A stretch of 64,000 nt of DNA, from NCBI GenBank assembly GCA_035084275.1, contig CM068745.1, forward strand, positions 61,194,001 through 61,258,000. Reading direction: 5' to 3'. A program made the translations under genes and the position numbers. The DNA comes from Hydrolagus colliei (lineage: Eukaryota). Positions within the stretch are counted from its first letter, which is position 1, and every line of letters starts with the position of its first letter. Shown here piece after piece: positions 36,990 through 50,462 of this stretch. Under the pieces are notes generated by a model. It was not told the DNA's origin. It did no database searches and was given only the letters and a program-made list of their open reading frames with translations.

Positions 36990-37264
36990 ACTAGAGATTT
37001 GCATTGCAAGTGAGAGACCTGGGTTTGATTCCTGGCAGGGCGAAGCCTTGGACATGTTTCCTTATTCCATATGCCTGATAATAATCCCTCAAGAAAAACA
37101 AACAATAGTAAATTGTTCCTTCAATCCACGATTGTTTGTGAGACACTGCTGTGTGCAATTGGCTGTCGCATTTCGCCCACAAATATACAATCAATTTACT
37201 TTATAGTATATTCTGTGAAACTCTTTCAGACATCTAGAAGACGCAAGGATTTTTATTATTATTA
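36990..37264 (+). mobile_element. Deu-SINE, nearly full length
   Basis: CCTGGGTTTGATTCCTGGCAGGGCGAAGCCTTGG..Deu core..(ATT)n. Confidence 0.82.
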
Positions 37265-37267
37265 TTT

Positions 37268-37730
37268 AACTCTGCAGCCCATGTCCTCTCATGCACTACA
37301 TTCTGTGAACATATCATTCCCATCCTTACCCAACTCCACTGGTTTCCCATCACACAGAGGAAACAGTTCTAAATCCTAGGCCTCACCTTCAAAGCCCTCC
37401 ATTGCCTCACTCCCACCTACCTTTATGACCTCCAACCCTCTACCAACCTCCCCACTCCCTCTGCTTAGTGTGCTCCGACCTGCTTCACATCCCCCGCCTC
37501 ACCCACCCTACTGTGGGTAGATGGGCCTTCAGCCACTCTGCCCCCACCATCTGAACTCCATCCAGCAATGCCTCTGCCTCGCTCCATCCTTTGCCTCCTT
37601 CAAGACCTACTTGAAGGCCCTCCTCTTTAACAATACTTCCAATCAACCTCCTTCCCCCTCTGCCCTCCACCCTCCCCAATCCACACCCTCAGCTCAGGGT
37701 TTCTGTCTGTCCCAGGTCTTGGGACACAAA
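37268..37730 (+). mobile_element. L2 3' fragment
   Basis: AACTCTGCAGCCCATGTCC..GCCTTCAGCCACTCTGCCCCC..CTTCAAGACCTAC. Confidence 0.8.
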
Positions 37731-37789
37731 ATTACATTTGTTTAGCACCTCCGAATGTGAAATCCATAGACTCAATCTTTAGAGTCAAC

Positions 37790-38123
37790 TAGGGTCCAGC
37801 GATATATTGATATATCGGTTATATCTGATATAATTTTCATATCGATATGCCGATATAGAAAATTAAAATATATCGATATATCAAAAAAAATTATATGCAC
37901 AACAAAATCGATATATCGCAAATATCGGTGTATTGTGTCCGGTGATATGTCGATATATCGGTATATGTCTGTATAATACGGACTTTTTCAACTTACCTTG
38001 TCGATATCCGAATGCGCACGCATGCACAGGACAAAAAAAAACACGATATCGATATATTGGTATATATCGATATGGGCAAACCGATATATCGATATCGGAA
38101 AATTACGGTGTCGACAGATCGTA
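37790..38123. mobile_element. hAT-type MITE with GATAT/ATATC-rich interior
   Basis: 8-bp TSD GAGTCAAC (37782-37789, 38124-38131); starts TAGGG; degenerate TIR; about 15 GATAT motifs on +. Confidence 0.75.
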
Positions 38124-38291
38124 GAGTCAACATTGTGATAACGAATTCAGAGTTATTGCCATCAGTTATAATTTGTAAAGTTTTGAAAGAACCACAAAAT
38201 CACAAGAGAAGTTGCAACAAAGAGGGCTGTTTGGTCCATTTGATTTCATTGTTCCAGAATATCCATAGTTTTCCATCACAGTTGATGAATG

Positions 38292-40347
38292 CAACATAGT
38301 TCGGGCACAGGTCAAAAACATTCCAACAGAGATAAAATGTAGGGCATCCAAACCTCCCTGGATGACTAGGGCAATTGGGGTTAAAAAAAGAAAAAAAAGG
38401 AGGCTTATGACAAGTGTCAGGCCCAAGATATAGAGGTCAACCACGCAGAATATAGGAAGTGCAGGAGAGAACTGAAAAAGGAAATTACAGGGGCAAAAAG
38501 ACTGCATGAGAAACAATTAGCAGGTAACATTAAAGGGAACCCTAAGGTATTTTACAAACATATTAAGAGTAAAACATTGGTCAAGGGTAGGGTGGGGCCA
38601 ATTAGGGGTCAAGGAGGAAATCTTGTTGAGGCAGAGGGCATAGCTGATGTACTGAATGAGTATTTTGCCTCTGTCTTCACAAGAAAAGAGGATGCAGCCA
38701 ATTGTACTGTACTGGAGGAGATGGTAGAAGAAATGGATAGGATTAGTATAAACACAGAGGAATTACTAAAATGGTTGATGGCGCTCAAGGTAGATAAGTC
38801 ACCCGGTCTGGATGGGATGCATCCTAGGGAAGTACGGGAGCAAATAGCAGAGACTCTGGCCACAATCATTCTTGATCACAGTGGTGGTGTGAGAGGACTG
38901 GAAGGTTGCTAATGTTACTCCCCTGTATAAAAAGGAGCAGTAGGACAAACCTGGGAAGTACAGGCCGGTCAGTCTAACGTCGGTAGTAGGCAAACATCTA
39001 GAGTCTATAATCATGGACAAGACAGATCTTCACTTAGAAAGGTATAGGCTAATAAAGGACAGCTAGCATGGATTTGTTAAAGGCAAATCTTGCTTTACAA
39101 ATCTGATAGAATTTGTTGATGAGGTAACGGAATGGGTGGACGAGGGTAGTGCAGTTGATGTAGTTTACATGGACTTTCAAAAGGCATTTGAGAAAGTGCC
39201 GCATGAGATGCTTATTAGGAAACTAAAGGCCCACGGCTTTAAAGGGACAGTGGCAGCATGGATCCACAACTGGCTGCGAGACAGAAAACAGAGAGTTGTG
39301 GTGAGTGGCTGTTTTTCAGACTGGAGGGAAGTGTGCAGTGGCGTCCTCGAGAGATTGGTTTTGTGACCACTGCTCTTTTTAATATATATTAATGATCTGG
39401 ACTTGGATGTAGGCAGCGCAGTTTCCAAGTTTGCAGATGATATTAAGTTAGGGAGAATAGTAAATAGTGAGGAGGATAGTAACCATCTGCAAGAAGATAT
39501 AGGTTAAATGGTAAAGTGGGCAGACACATGGCAGATGAAGTTTAATGCAGAGAAGTGTGAGGTGATACATTTCGAGAGAAGAAATGAGGGGAAGCAATAT
39601 AGGCTAGATAGTACAATTTTAAGGGGTGTGAGGGAACAGAAAGACCTGGGGATTTGTGTTAGTTACTCTTTGAAGGTGGCAGGAAAGGTAGACAAAGCCG
39701 TTAAGAAGGCATATGGGATACTAGACTTTATAAATAGGGGTATGGAGTACAAAAGTCAAGAAGCGCTGACTAGCCTATATAAAACTTTGGTTAGGCCTCA
39801 GCTGGAGTACTGTGTCCAATTCTGGTCACCACACTACAGAAAGGATGTTAAGGCATTGGAAAGGGTGCAAAGAAAGTTTACTAGAGTGGTACCAGGATTG
39901 AGGGACTTCAGTTATGAGGAAAGGCTAGATAGGCTAGGTTTATTCTTTTTAGAATAGAGAAGGTTGAGAGGAGACCTAATAGAGGTTTATAAAATCATGA
40001 GCGGATTCAACAGGGTGAATAAGGAAAAACTGTTTCCACTGGTGGGCGAATCTATGATTTGTGGTCACAGATTTAAAATAGTTTCAAAACGAAGCAGAGG
40101 GGAGCTGAAGAGAATTTTTTTCACTCAGTGGGTTGTTCGAATCTGGAATGCATTGCCTGAAAAGGTGGTGGAGGCCAATTCGATAACAGCTTTTAAAAGA
40201 GAATTAGATATTTATTTAGGGAGAACAGGTCTATTAGGTTATGGGGAGAGAGATGGGCAGTGGGATTGAGTTGCTCTTTTCAAAGAGCCGGCATAGACTA
40301 GATGAGCCAAATGGCCTCCTTTTGTGTCATAAAATTCTATGATTCTA
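38292..40347 (+). mobile_element. CR1 LINE, 5'-truncated, RT disrupted
   Basis: DKSPGLDGMHP, VDVVYMDFQKAF, WQMKFNAEKC, VRPQLEYCVQFWSP, RGDLIEVYK; tail ATTCTATGATTCTA; several stops and frameshifts. Confidence 0.95.
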
Positions 40348-40586
40348 CAGCATCAAGCCATTTTTTAAATGACACCAGTGGCGGAACCTCAGCCATAACT
40401 TTACGATAGTCTGTTCCACCAGCTCTTAATTATCTTCCAGATAAAGAAATACTTCCTAATGTCTACCCTAATGTCTTCCTTTGTAAATCTAAATCATTTA
40501 TCGTCTACTGTTTCATTACATCCAAAGTATTGTTCCAGGTATGCTTTCTTGATCCTATTTAAAATCTTGTCTAACTTTAAAATTTA

Positions 40587-40805
40587 AAGTCCTGTAGCTC
40601 AGTGGTTAGAGCACTCGCATTACAAGCAAGAGAACTGGATTCAATTCTAGGGGGGCGGGTGAAACCTTGAGCAAGTTTCTTTACTCCACACGCCTAATAA
40701 TATTCCCTCAAAAAGAACAATAAAAAATTGATAATTTCAATCCATGACGGTTTGTGGGACACTGCTGTGCACAATTGGCTGCCGCGTTTCAGCCACATAT
40801 ATAAG
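40587..40805 (+). mobile_element. Deu-SINE 5' two-thirds
   Basis: AGTCCTGTAGCTCAGTGGTTAGAGCACTCGC head and Deu core. Confidence 0.82.
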
Positions 40806-41940
40806 GTCTATAATTTCACTTAATTTTAACATGTCAAGAAATTAAGAATATGCAGATGTCTGGAAAAAATTTTATTCAATTCCAATTTGGAAGACATTTT
40901 TAAAATAAACCATTTCTAATTTAAGACTGAAATTTAAGAATATAAAACCGAATGAAAGTGCCAGTGTATCTCAGTTAGTAGCATGCTCGTCTCTGAAATA
41001 AGCCCCAAGTTGTGGCTTTGAGCTCATTACACTTCAATGCTGCCCTGGAGGTCTGTCTAACTGTCAATTGAATGTCACTATTCCTGTTCAGTTGGATGTC
41101 ACTGCTGTGTGCCATTGGTGTGATATATTTGTGTGTTTCACCCACAAATATATCACCTAACAATATATTCTGTGAAACGCTTTGAGAGTTCTAGAAGATG
41201 TGAATAAAGTGTGATATCAAATGCAAGCATTATTATCACCTGTGAGTATTCTCAAGCGTCACACAAAGCAAAATCTGAGTGTGTTAAGATTGGCTATATA
41301 TTGTTGTCAGTCACATGAGGATTTTCATTGGCAAATGCTTGCACAAATTGTATCAGCAGTAAAACAACCTCCTTCTGAACAATAAAAAGTTTTTGCATAA
41401 AATTGAATAGCTGCAGTGTGCAGGATTGTTTTCACTGCCTCTGAGACCTTGGCAATTGCATTTGCTATAATGCTTGTCCTTTTTCTGGAGTGTGGTTAAC
41501 TCTGAGACAGAATTGGTGGGCGTAACATGCTTCTTCCTTTATTCTATATACTTGATCACAAATGTTACAGGTGTATAATGCTTGCCTTCATCCTTTAATT
41601 ACTTATCTGTTTAATTGAAGAGAGCACAAAAACACATATCACACCCAGAAAATAACTTTAAAGATCCAACTGCTAAGTGTTGAAACCCACAACAAAGTTG
41701 AAAAGTACCATAAACAGAAACCACAGATCTTATAGGCACACTCCAACAAGCAAGTCTCTCGGAAACAAGCCCATTATGAAAGTTATTTAATTGCAAAGAA
41801 ATTAAGACCTATGAAATGTAAGAGCTTATTGATGCAATCAGTCCGGGTTTAGTTCAATGGAGATGATACTTTGGTTCAGCCTTGAAATTGAACAGGATTA
41901 GCTTGATTGGAGAAAAGCACGGTAATGGTGAGTATGCATA

Positions 41941-42258
41941 ATAATGACAATAATAATAATAATAATCCTTGCATTTGATATAGCGCTTTTCATATCTTAT
42001 CGACGTCTCAAAGAGCTTAACAGAATATACTATAAAGTGAATTGATTGTATATTTGTGGGCGAAACGTGGCAATCAATTGCACATAGCAGTGTCCCCACA
42101 AACGGTCGTGGATTGAAAATTATCAATTTTTATTATAGGTTTCTTTTGGAGGGATTATTATTAGATGTGTGTGTGGAGTAAGGAAACTTGCCCAAGGTTT
42201 CGCCCTGATCTGCCTGGATTCGAACACAGGCCTCACGCTTGTGTTTGTAAGGTGAGAG
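41941..42258 (-). mobile_element. Deu-SINE
   Basis: (AAT)n CCTTGCATTTGATATAGCGC tail, GGAAACTTGCCCAAGGTTTCGCCC. Confidence 0.88.
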
Positions 42259-42434
42259 CTCTAACCAACAGGGACAACACGAGGTGGTTGGGACAGACAG
42301 TAAACTCCGGACCAGAGCTGGGGATTAGGGAGGGCAGGGAGGGTGGAGGAGTGAGAGACACAGAGAGAGAAAAGAGGTTGATTGAAAGCACGAGAAAGAA
42401 GGGCCATAAGCACGTGGTGGGAGGGGGTAGAGAA

Positions 42435-42437
<3 letters not shown>

Positions 42438-42479
<42 letters not shown>

Positions 42480-42562
42480 TAGATAGATAGATAGATAGAT
42501 AAATAAATAGACAGAGAAACAGATAAACAGATAGACATAAGAGACAGAAAGAGAGACAGACT
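42438..42562 (+). repeat. Compound (GACA)n(GATA)n microsatellite
   Basis: Direct read. Confidence 0.95.
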
Positions 42563-42910
42563 GACAACAATCATTTATGTCATTTTGAAACATAGCCAAT
42601 GGGAGTACTTTGAACAGAAAGCATTACCCCTACATGTTCCTAAGCTTCAAGGTGACTACTACTTCCCTTTATCTCAGAAAAGCACTCACTGCTGAACCAC
42701 TAAGAATATTTCCATTTCCTACATCACAACTTCTCTTAGTGAGATGGAAAGTTTAGTACAAATGATTGACAGTTCTGTGTTGTGAGCCCATGCCCACTGA
42801 GGACTATGTTAAACTTTTTCATTTCATGAATTATATGGCCCCTTTAACTTATGGGATAAATATAGCTTTCATGTGCAATTTTGTTAACAAATGGAAATAT
42901 TCTGTTTGTG

Positions 42911-43194
42911 GAGTCCTGCAGCTCAATGGTTAAAGCACCTGCCTGGCAAGCGGGAGGCAGGGCGAAACCTTGGGCAAGTTTCCTTACTCCACATGCCTCA
43001 CAATAATCCTTAAAAAAAACATGAATAATTTGGTCACTTCAATCCACGACTGTTTGTGAGACATTGCTTAGTGCAATTGGCTGCCACATTTCACCCACAA
43101 ATATATCACACTTTACAGTATATTCTGTGATACGCTTTGAGAAGTCTAGAAGATGTGTAAAGCATTATATCAAATACAAGGACTATTATTATTA
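42911..43194 (+). mobile_element. Full-length Deu-SINE
   Basis: GAGTCCTGCAGCTCAATGGTTAAAGCAC head, (ATT)n tail. Confidence 0.85.
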
Positions 43195-43538
43195 AACATA
43201 CTAATATAATATACTAATGTTGTTGTTTTGTGATTAGGAATTCACTGCCTTTATTCAGCCATATTCGAAGATGATGCTGATACTAATTCTGATACAAGAT
43301 CCTCGTCCGCACATTCAAATTCCTCCACAGTCTTGCTCCCCCTACCCACACCCCACCACCATGTCTGTAATTTCCTGCAATCATAGAAGCCCAGCTGCTC
43401 CCTCTGCTCAGCAAACACTAGTTTGCTGTATTACCCTAACAGCTCCCACCCCCACACAATATCCGCCTCACGACTGGTGGCCAAGCTTTCAGACATTCTA
43501 CCCCAGCAATCAGGAATTCGATCCTGGTGTCCTTACAT

Positions 43539-43821
43539 CTCGTCCCCTACCTCTCCACTTTCAAAGTTCTTTTTATGACTTAACCTCTTTGAATGTGCTC
43601 TTACTCATCTTCCCCCGATAATTCATAAATTATTGAATAATTAAGGAATAATTAAGGATTATGAAAAATATTGTTCAGTTTTTTTTCAATTGTGTCAATC
43701 TGGCTCAGTTGGTACACTGGTACACTCACTTTCATTTTCGATGTTGTGGGTTCAAATCCTGTTTTGGGACCAAAAATCACATCGCTGACATTGCAAAAGA
43801 GTGGTGGGGGGTGTTTATTGT
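43539..43821 (+). repeat. Left arm of an inverted duplication (partner 46050-46304)
   Basis: L2 end + AT-rich spacer + SINE head, including AATAATTAAGGATTATGAAAAATATTGTTCAG. Confidence 0.85.
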
Positions 43822-44004
43822 CGCCATCCGACAATGGTGGAGTCGGGCAATGTTGCAGAGATGGTAGAAGGCAGTACTGGTCATGGCACAGATATGGGGG
43901 AGAAAGGACAGTTGATCATTGCTTTTGATGTGAAACCCTTTGTAAACTTACCAAATTAAAACTATTCTACAATAACATAACAAGTACGCCTCTTATTTCC
44001 CCAC

Positions 44005-44748
44005 TTGTTCGATCCTCAACTGTCTTTCCTACCCAACATGCAGGCCATGACCCGCTCTGCCTTCCCTCACTTCTGCAATGTAGCCCACCTCTGCCAGTAC
44101 CTCACCCCTCAGATGCTGAGACCCTCATTCACGTCCTCATCACATCCTGGCTTGACTACGCCAATGCCATATGATTCATGAAAGGCTTGTCGGCCTTCCC
44201 AATACCTCCCTTCATAGGCTGCAGGTATTCTAGAACTCTGTGGCCTGTGTTCTCTACTGCTACAAGTTTTGTGACCCCATCTCCTCCATCCTCGCCAAAC
44301 TCCATTGGCTCCGCATCACCCAGAGGGTTCAATTCAAGACCCTGGTCCTCATATTCAAAGCCCTCCATGGCATTGCCCCACCCTACACCTGTGACCTCCT
44401 AACATTCTACCAACCTGCCTGACCCCTCCGCTCAGCAGTCTTTGGCCTGCTCCACGTCCGCCGACCCACCCGCCCCACCATTGGCAGGTGAGCCTTCAGC
44501 CACTCTACTCCCAACCTCTGGAGCTCCATCCCCCAGTCCCTCGAACTCGCTCCCTCCCTAGCCTCCTTCAACTCCCTTCTCGAGACACTCCTCTTTGACG
44601 GTCCCATCGGTCACCCCAAATCTTCTCCACCCTCCCTGGTCCCAACCCTAGCACTGGTCTGAAACAATAACTGTCCAGCACCTTGGAATGTTCTCCTGAC
44701 ATGAAAAGCGCTATACAAGTGTAATTTTATTGTTGTTGTTATTGTTGT
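44005..44748 (+). mobile_element. L2 3' fragment
   Basis: LAKLHWLRITQRVQFKTLVLIFKALHG; tail GACATGAAAAGCGCTATACAAGTGTAATTTT. Confidence 0.87.
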
Positions 44749-45039
44749 AATGCATCATATTCAGACACTGGCTGTCTGCAATGCTATATCTTGCACCTAG
44801 CCCTTACTGCAATTAATAATGATGCTGTGGCTGAGATGATGCACTATGGTTTAGCTGCTTGAAAAGGTGGTTAGTTACTTCTGAAGATAAAACCATTCAT
44901 TTATTTTTAATAACCACCATTGCACGCAATTAAAAAACACAAATACACAGCAATATTTATTTCAAAAGCATAGGAAAATACTGGTCCAGAAAAGACCATT
45001 GTGATTAATCTGGTCCAGCTCAACATTAAAATAAATAAT

Positions 45040-46170
45040 TAATAATAATCCTTGCATTTGCAATAGATGCCCGTTTATCCGGCACCCGCAGGACCCAGCC
45101 AATGTCGTTTAAAGTGCCTGCCGGATATTCGGGCTGCCCGCAGCCAAAAACCCACTACAAAAAAATTAAAGTTCTTTTAACACATACTATACACACCAGA
45201 CTAGGTAATAGCAAATAGTGGCAGAGTATTGTGTTGTGGTTGTTGTTGGGGCTGCTCTCTTGCGCTTCTCACCTTTACTGATTGAGGTTTGCAGTTCAGC
45301 GATCCTTTTTTGAATGGGGGATGCCAAGCAGTTGAAAGAAGTGGCAGCGTGATTGTAAAGTCACGCGACTTTACTAGCTGCAAGCCGAAGACCTAGACTA
45401 TACTAGCAGCAAATTACTATTGCATCTGCGCGACAATGTGGGTTATTGGCTAGCATTATCGGCTTGCCGCTAGTATGACTTTGAAGTCATACGCGCTCCA
45501 TTTTTTTCGCCCACTTGGAGTGCTCCATTTTGGGAGGGGTCACTGGACTGGAAACCTCAACTGCAGCGTTAAGGCTTCAAGCGCAGCATCTACCAGCTGG
45601 AGTGGGGGGCGCAGGAGAATAATTTTGACGGTGAGTGCCAATGCAATATTCTGTTATTATGTTATTAATTATGCATTTACAAATGCTCCACTGCTATTGT
45701 TCCGGATAAGTTCTGGTTTATCGAATGGGTACTTTTTGGGGTGGCGTGTCAGTTATATGGAAATGCTGGTGCATTGAATCACGGATAAACAGGCTTCTAT
45801 TATAGCACCTTTACTTTGGGAGCATGTCCCAAACCATTGCACAGGACTTACACTAAAGTGGAGTGACTTTGTATTTGTAGGAGAACTCAGCAGCCCAATC
45901 GCAAACAACAATGTTCTACAAACAGGACATTGTGAATAACCAATGTTGGGAGCAGCAATTGTTGATTAGGACACCGGGAGAATCTTCATTTTTCGAGTAC
46001 TGCCACGGGACCTTTGGTTTAATTTCTTATCTGAAACACAGAAACTCCAACAATAAACACATTCCCAGGACTCCTTTGCAATGTCAGCGATGTGAGTTTC
46101 AGTCCTGACACAGGGTTTGAACCCACAACATCGAAATTGAAGGTGCTTCCAACTGAGCCAGATTGACACA
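45040..46170 (-). mobile_element. Old Deu-domain SINE interrupted by a MITE
   Basis: Tail AATAATCCTTGCATTTG at 45040-45060, body 45803-46050, head rc GTCAATCTGGCTCAGTTGG..GTGGGTTCAAACCC. Confidence 0.7.
45061..45802. mobile_element. pogo/Tigger-type non-autonomous element (about 740 bp)
   Basis: TIR CAATAGATGCCCGTTTATCCG / rc TAATAGAAGCCTGTTTATCCG; left end shared with 56287-56615. Confidence 0.75.
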
Positions 46171-46304
46171 ATTGAAAAAACAACCTGAACAATATTTTTC
46201 ATAATCCTTAATTATTCAAGAATTTATGACTTCTCAGGGGGAGATGATTGAAAGCACATTCAAAGTCATAAAAAGAACTGTGAGAGTGAGAGGTAGGGGA
46301 CGAG
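46050..46304 (-). repeat. Right arm of the inverted duplication
   Basis: Reverse complement of 43539-43821, roughly 85% identity by eye. Confidence 0.85.
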
Positions 46305-47430
46305 TACTCTAGTTGAGGCCTAACCAGCATTTTATACAGGTTGATCATAACTTCCTGACATTTGTACTCCATGCCCTTATTTATAAAGGCTAGTATCCTG
46401 TATTTTTTGTTAACATCCTTATCTACCTGCCCTGCCACCTTCAAAGATTTGCTTACATGAACCCTCAGGTCTCTCTGTTCCTTATAATAATAATAATCCT
46501 TGTATTTGATATTGCGCTTTTCACATCTTATCGACGTCTCAAAGCGCTTCACAGAATATACTGTAAAGTTAATTGACTGTATAATTGTGGGCAAAACATG
46601 GCAGCCAATTGCGCACAGCAGTATCCCACAAACAGTCGTGGATTGAAATGAACAATTTTATTATTGGTCGGACTATTATTAGGCGTGCGGAATAAGGAAA
46701 TTTGCCCAAGATTTCGCCCTGATCTGCCTAGATTCGAACACAGGTCTCATGCTTGTAAGACAAGTGCTCTAACCACTGAGCTACACTTAAGATTGTACTA
46801 TCTAGCCTACATTGCCTCTCCTCATTCTTCCTCCCAAAATGCATCACCTCGCATTTCTGCACTAAACTTCATCTGTCATGTGTCTGCCCATTTTACCATG
46901 CTATCTATGTCCTCTTGCAGTCTGCTTCTATCCTCCCCCTATTTACTACTTTTCCTAACTTTCTATCATCTGCAAACTTGGAAATTGTACTACCTATACC
47001 CAAGTCCAGATCATGTATATATTTTAAAAAGAGCAGTGGTCCCAATACTGATCCCTGGGGGACTTCATGGTACACTTCCCTCCAGTCAGAAAAACAACCG
47101 TTTACCACAACTCTCTGCTTTCTGTCTCCCAGCCAGTTTTGGATCCATGCTGCCACTGTTTTAATACCATGGGCTTCCATTTTCCTTCCAAGTCTCCTTT
47201 GTGGCACTTTGTCAAATGTCTTTTGAAACTCCATATAAACTACATTAACTGTACTACTCTCATCCACCTTTTCCGTGAACTCATCAAAATATCAGATTTG
47301 TCAGACTGGATTTGCCTTTAACAAATCAATGCTGGCTGTTCTTTATTAACTGATATCTTTCGAAGTGAAGATCTATCTTTTCCCTGATTATAGTCTCTAG
47401 AAGTTTCCCCACTATTGATGTTAGGCTGAT
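46305..47430 (-). mobile_element. CR1 RT fragment interrupted by a SINE
   Basis: VVYMEFQKTFDKVP..QGSVLGPLLF..SKFADD; LYKMLVRPQLEY. Confidence 0.9.
46486..46785 (-). mobile_element. Full-length Deu-SINE nested in CR1
   Basis: (AAT)n CCTTGTATTTG ... CTAACCACTGAGCTACA. Confidence 0.9.
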
Positions 47431-48499
47431 ATTCTTTTAGAACCTATAATTTCAGGCATTCGTAAACAGACAAAAAAATTAATTTTCCTTCTAGTTGGCT
47501 CAGCCTGGCTCAGTTGGAAGAAATCTCACCTCTGAGTCAAAACATTGTGGGTTCAAGCATAATGTGAGGACTAGGCTTTCACTCCAGTGCAGTGCTGGGA
47601 ATGCGCTGCATTGATGGTGGTGTCATCCTCTAGGTGTAATGTTAAATCAATACTCCCTGCACTATTCAAAGTGTCATGGGTTGATGCCCCATCCAACAAT
47701 CCCCCACATAAAATTGAACATTCATTTAATGGCTATTTGTGGACTTCACTTATATAATTTGGCTGCCCCATTTGCAAATAACATTCCCAATCATTACAGT
47801 GCATCCTATGAAGCATTTTGAAATACCCTCACAACATGAAAGGTGCTCAAATGTTAGCCAGGGGACAAGTAAAAACCCCAGATCTTCTTGGTCTTTCGGA
47901 TTCTTCATTGTCCACCTGAAGCAACAAAATAGGACCTCTTTCAATATTTCAACTGAATCACTATTTCTAATAGTGCAGCATTCATAGTTTTGAGAGAATG
48001 CCACATTGTTGGAGATGCTGCCGGTGTCCTATGTTTCTGTCAGAGAATGAGAATCCACAATCTTTGACCTAAACAGAAGAATGCTAACAATTAAGCTGAA
48101 TGACATTATCCATCTTAGTATGTATTTTAGGTTTTGCTAGCATGAAATAGCTAGCATAGATAATTGTGTTGAATTGGATACCAATTTTCTTACCATATAT
48201 TGATAAAAGCAAATGTCTCACAATAATTCATAACCATGGAAAAGTTTTCAGATTCTGGCTTACAAAGGTAAATGCAAAGGTGCAACATAAGTATGCACCT
48301 GCAATATTTATACTGAGATTATAATACAAACAAATGAAAGACATTACAAATAAATAATAATTAATATTCTACTGGGCATAGTTGAGCAATACACTTCTAA
48401 AATGTGTCTGAAGAAGTATCTCTGGGCAATCCACTATTGTTGACATATAATGGGAAGCCACAGCAAGCAAAAATATTACATACATTCTGAGATTTCATC

Positions 48500-48860
48500 T
48501 CTAGCTCTTTATGAAACTATAGCAACAATTTAGACTCTTTACACAGTCACGAGGAGAAATTATTCTCATTGGTCAGCGAGTCAGTGAGCACAGGGCATCA
48601 ATTTAAGACAGTAAGAAAAATTAAACGGGGAAGTTAGGAGAAATTTTTTTCACACAAAAAAATTTGGTTCGAATATGGAATACTCTGCAAGGAAGAAGCA
48701 ATGGTCCAGAGAAGCTTTCACAAGGGAATTAAATAAATGTCTAAAAATAAGTAAACTACAGGGATACAGGGTTAAGTCAAGTAAATGGGACTGAAAGAAT
48801 TTCTCTTTAAAAGAGTACAGATAGAACGGACTGAATGTCTTTCTTCTGGGCTGTAAACAA
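48500..48860 (+). mobile_element. CR1 3' fragment, old
   Basis: GAGCACAGGGCATCAATTTAAG..GTTAGGAGAAATTTTTTTCACACA..GGAATACTCTG. Confidence 0.7.
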
Positions 48861-49169
48861 AACTTGAATATCTCAATCAGCCTATATTTTTCAAATTCCA
48901 CTTTTAAGCATATTTAAGATAAAGCGTTAAGTGTTTGGTCTCTGTTGGTTTCTCTGGCCTTTTGTGTTCAAACATCACATGATAAAGGATGTGGCAATTT
49001 CAAGCATGATGGATGAGCAGCCTCCTCTAGTGGTTCCACTCAACTTCTCAGAATCAAATATGATTTTTTCAGGAGGATCCAAGTTTGCGCTTTGTTTACC
49101 CAGCTAGGAGTTGTGGCAATCAGTATTGTAGAATGGAATCCTGATTTATATTTCCTGCTCCACACATTG

Positions 49170-49597
49170 TGAATGGGGAGTGTGAGGTGAAAAACATTGA
49201 TGGAAGGTGGGGAATAGGAGTTGCCAATGGGACCATCGAAGAGGAGAATCTTGAGATGGGACTTGAAGGAGGCCAGGGAGGGGGCGAGGTGGAGGGAATG
49301 CGGGATGGAGTTCCAGAGGTTGGGGGCAGAGTGGCTAAAGGCTCGCCTGCCAATGGTGGGAAGGATGGGGGACGTGGAGCAGTGCAGAGCGGAGGGGCGG
49401 GCAGATTGGTAGGGGTCAGAAGTTGTTGTTGTTGTTGTTGTTAATACGCACTGAAACTCTGGAACGCTCTCCCTGAATCCCTCCACCTTGCCCTCTCTCA
49501 CCCTCCTTTCAAGTCCCGCCTGAAAGCAACTGTTAAGTACTCTGAGATGATACCCTGTGTGTGGGGGGGGTCGCTATGTAAGTGCAAGTTGTTGTTG
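49170..49597. mobile_element. Two short L2 3' fragments (- strand 49170-49420; + strand 49452-49597) around a (TTG)n tract
   Basis: PTIGRRAFSHSAPNLWN on -; AAGTGCAAGTTGTTG tail on +. Confidence 0.75.
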
Positions 49598-50104
49598 CAC
49601 TTGTTGTTCATATTACTGAGGAATTTCAAAGTACAATAGCCGGATGTTGTATTTTGTTTCGTAATAATCGTGCGTGGATTATTTAGGATTCAGTTAATGG
49701 AAAGAAGCTACAACAACAATTTACACGATCACCAAACCAAGGTGGCTGAGTAGCCACATTATTTCTCAGGTTTCACTTTTTACAGTATTGGTGGTTGTGT
49801 CGAGTATCTTCCTGTTTCCAAGCTGTCAGGCTCAGATGTTGCCATTACAGTAATTTTCTGCCAGTATTAATCATAACTATAGCAACTGCATGTCATCATG
49901 ACTGTGGTTAAATCAAATCTGGAAAGTGGTTATACAAAATGAGGAATTTATTCTTTTTTCTTACATACTGTAGTTGTAAATCTGTGTTTGACTAGAAGTT
50001 AAATGAAGCAATCTTCGCATATGATTGACTGAAAATACTTGGCAAGTATACGGTCTTTGGAACGAACACCGAATGTAACTGGACTCACTCAGTTACACAT
50101 ATAG

Positions 50105-50462
50105 AACCTTTCTTTGTTTGTTTGATCCCCAACGGTCCTTTAAACCATACATCCAGGCTCTCAGTCGCTTGACTTTCTCCCAACAACCTCTGCCTCTAGC
50201 TCTTCCCCCAAACTGCTGAGATCTCATTCATGTCATTGTTGTGTTCATTCTTGACTATTGATGCCCCGCTTGCCAGAATCCCAAGGTCCTCCCTGCAGAA
50301 GTTCCAGACCATCCAGAACTCTACAGCCCATGTCCTATTTTGCACAAGGCTCTCTGTGAGCGCATCACCCCCATTCTTGCTCCGTTCCATTAGCTGCCTA
50401 TCACCCAGTGGAGTGAATTCAAGATCCTTGTCTTCACTTTCAAACCTCTCCATGGCTACACC
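50105..50462 (+). mobile_element. L2 fragment, degenerate
   Basis: SLQKFQTIQNSTAHVL.. Confidence 0.7.

Noticed and set aside
42165-42599. Four overlapping ORFs of about 80-113 aa
   Set aside because: They are stop-free frames of the GACA/GATA microsatellite and a SINE.
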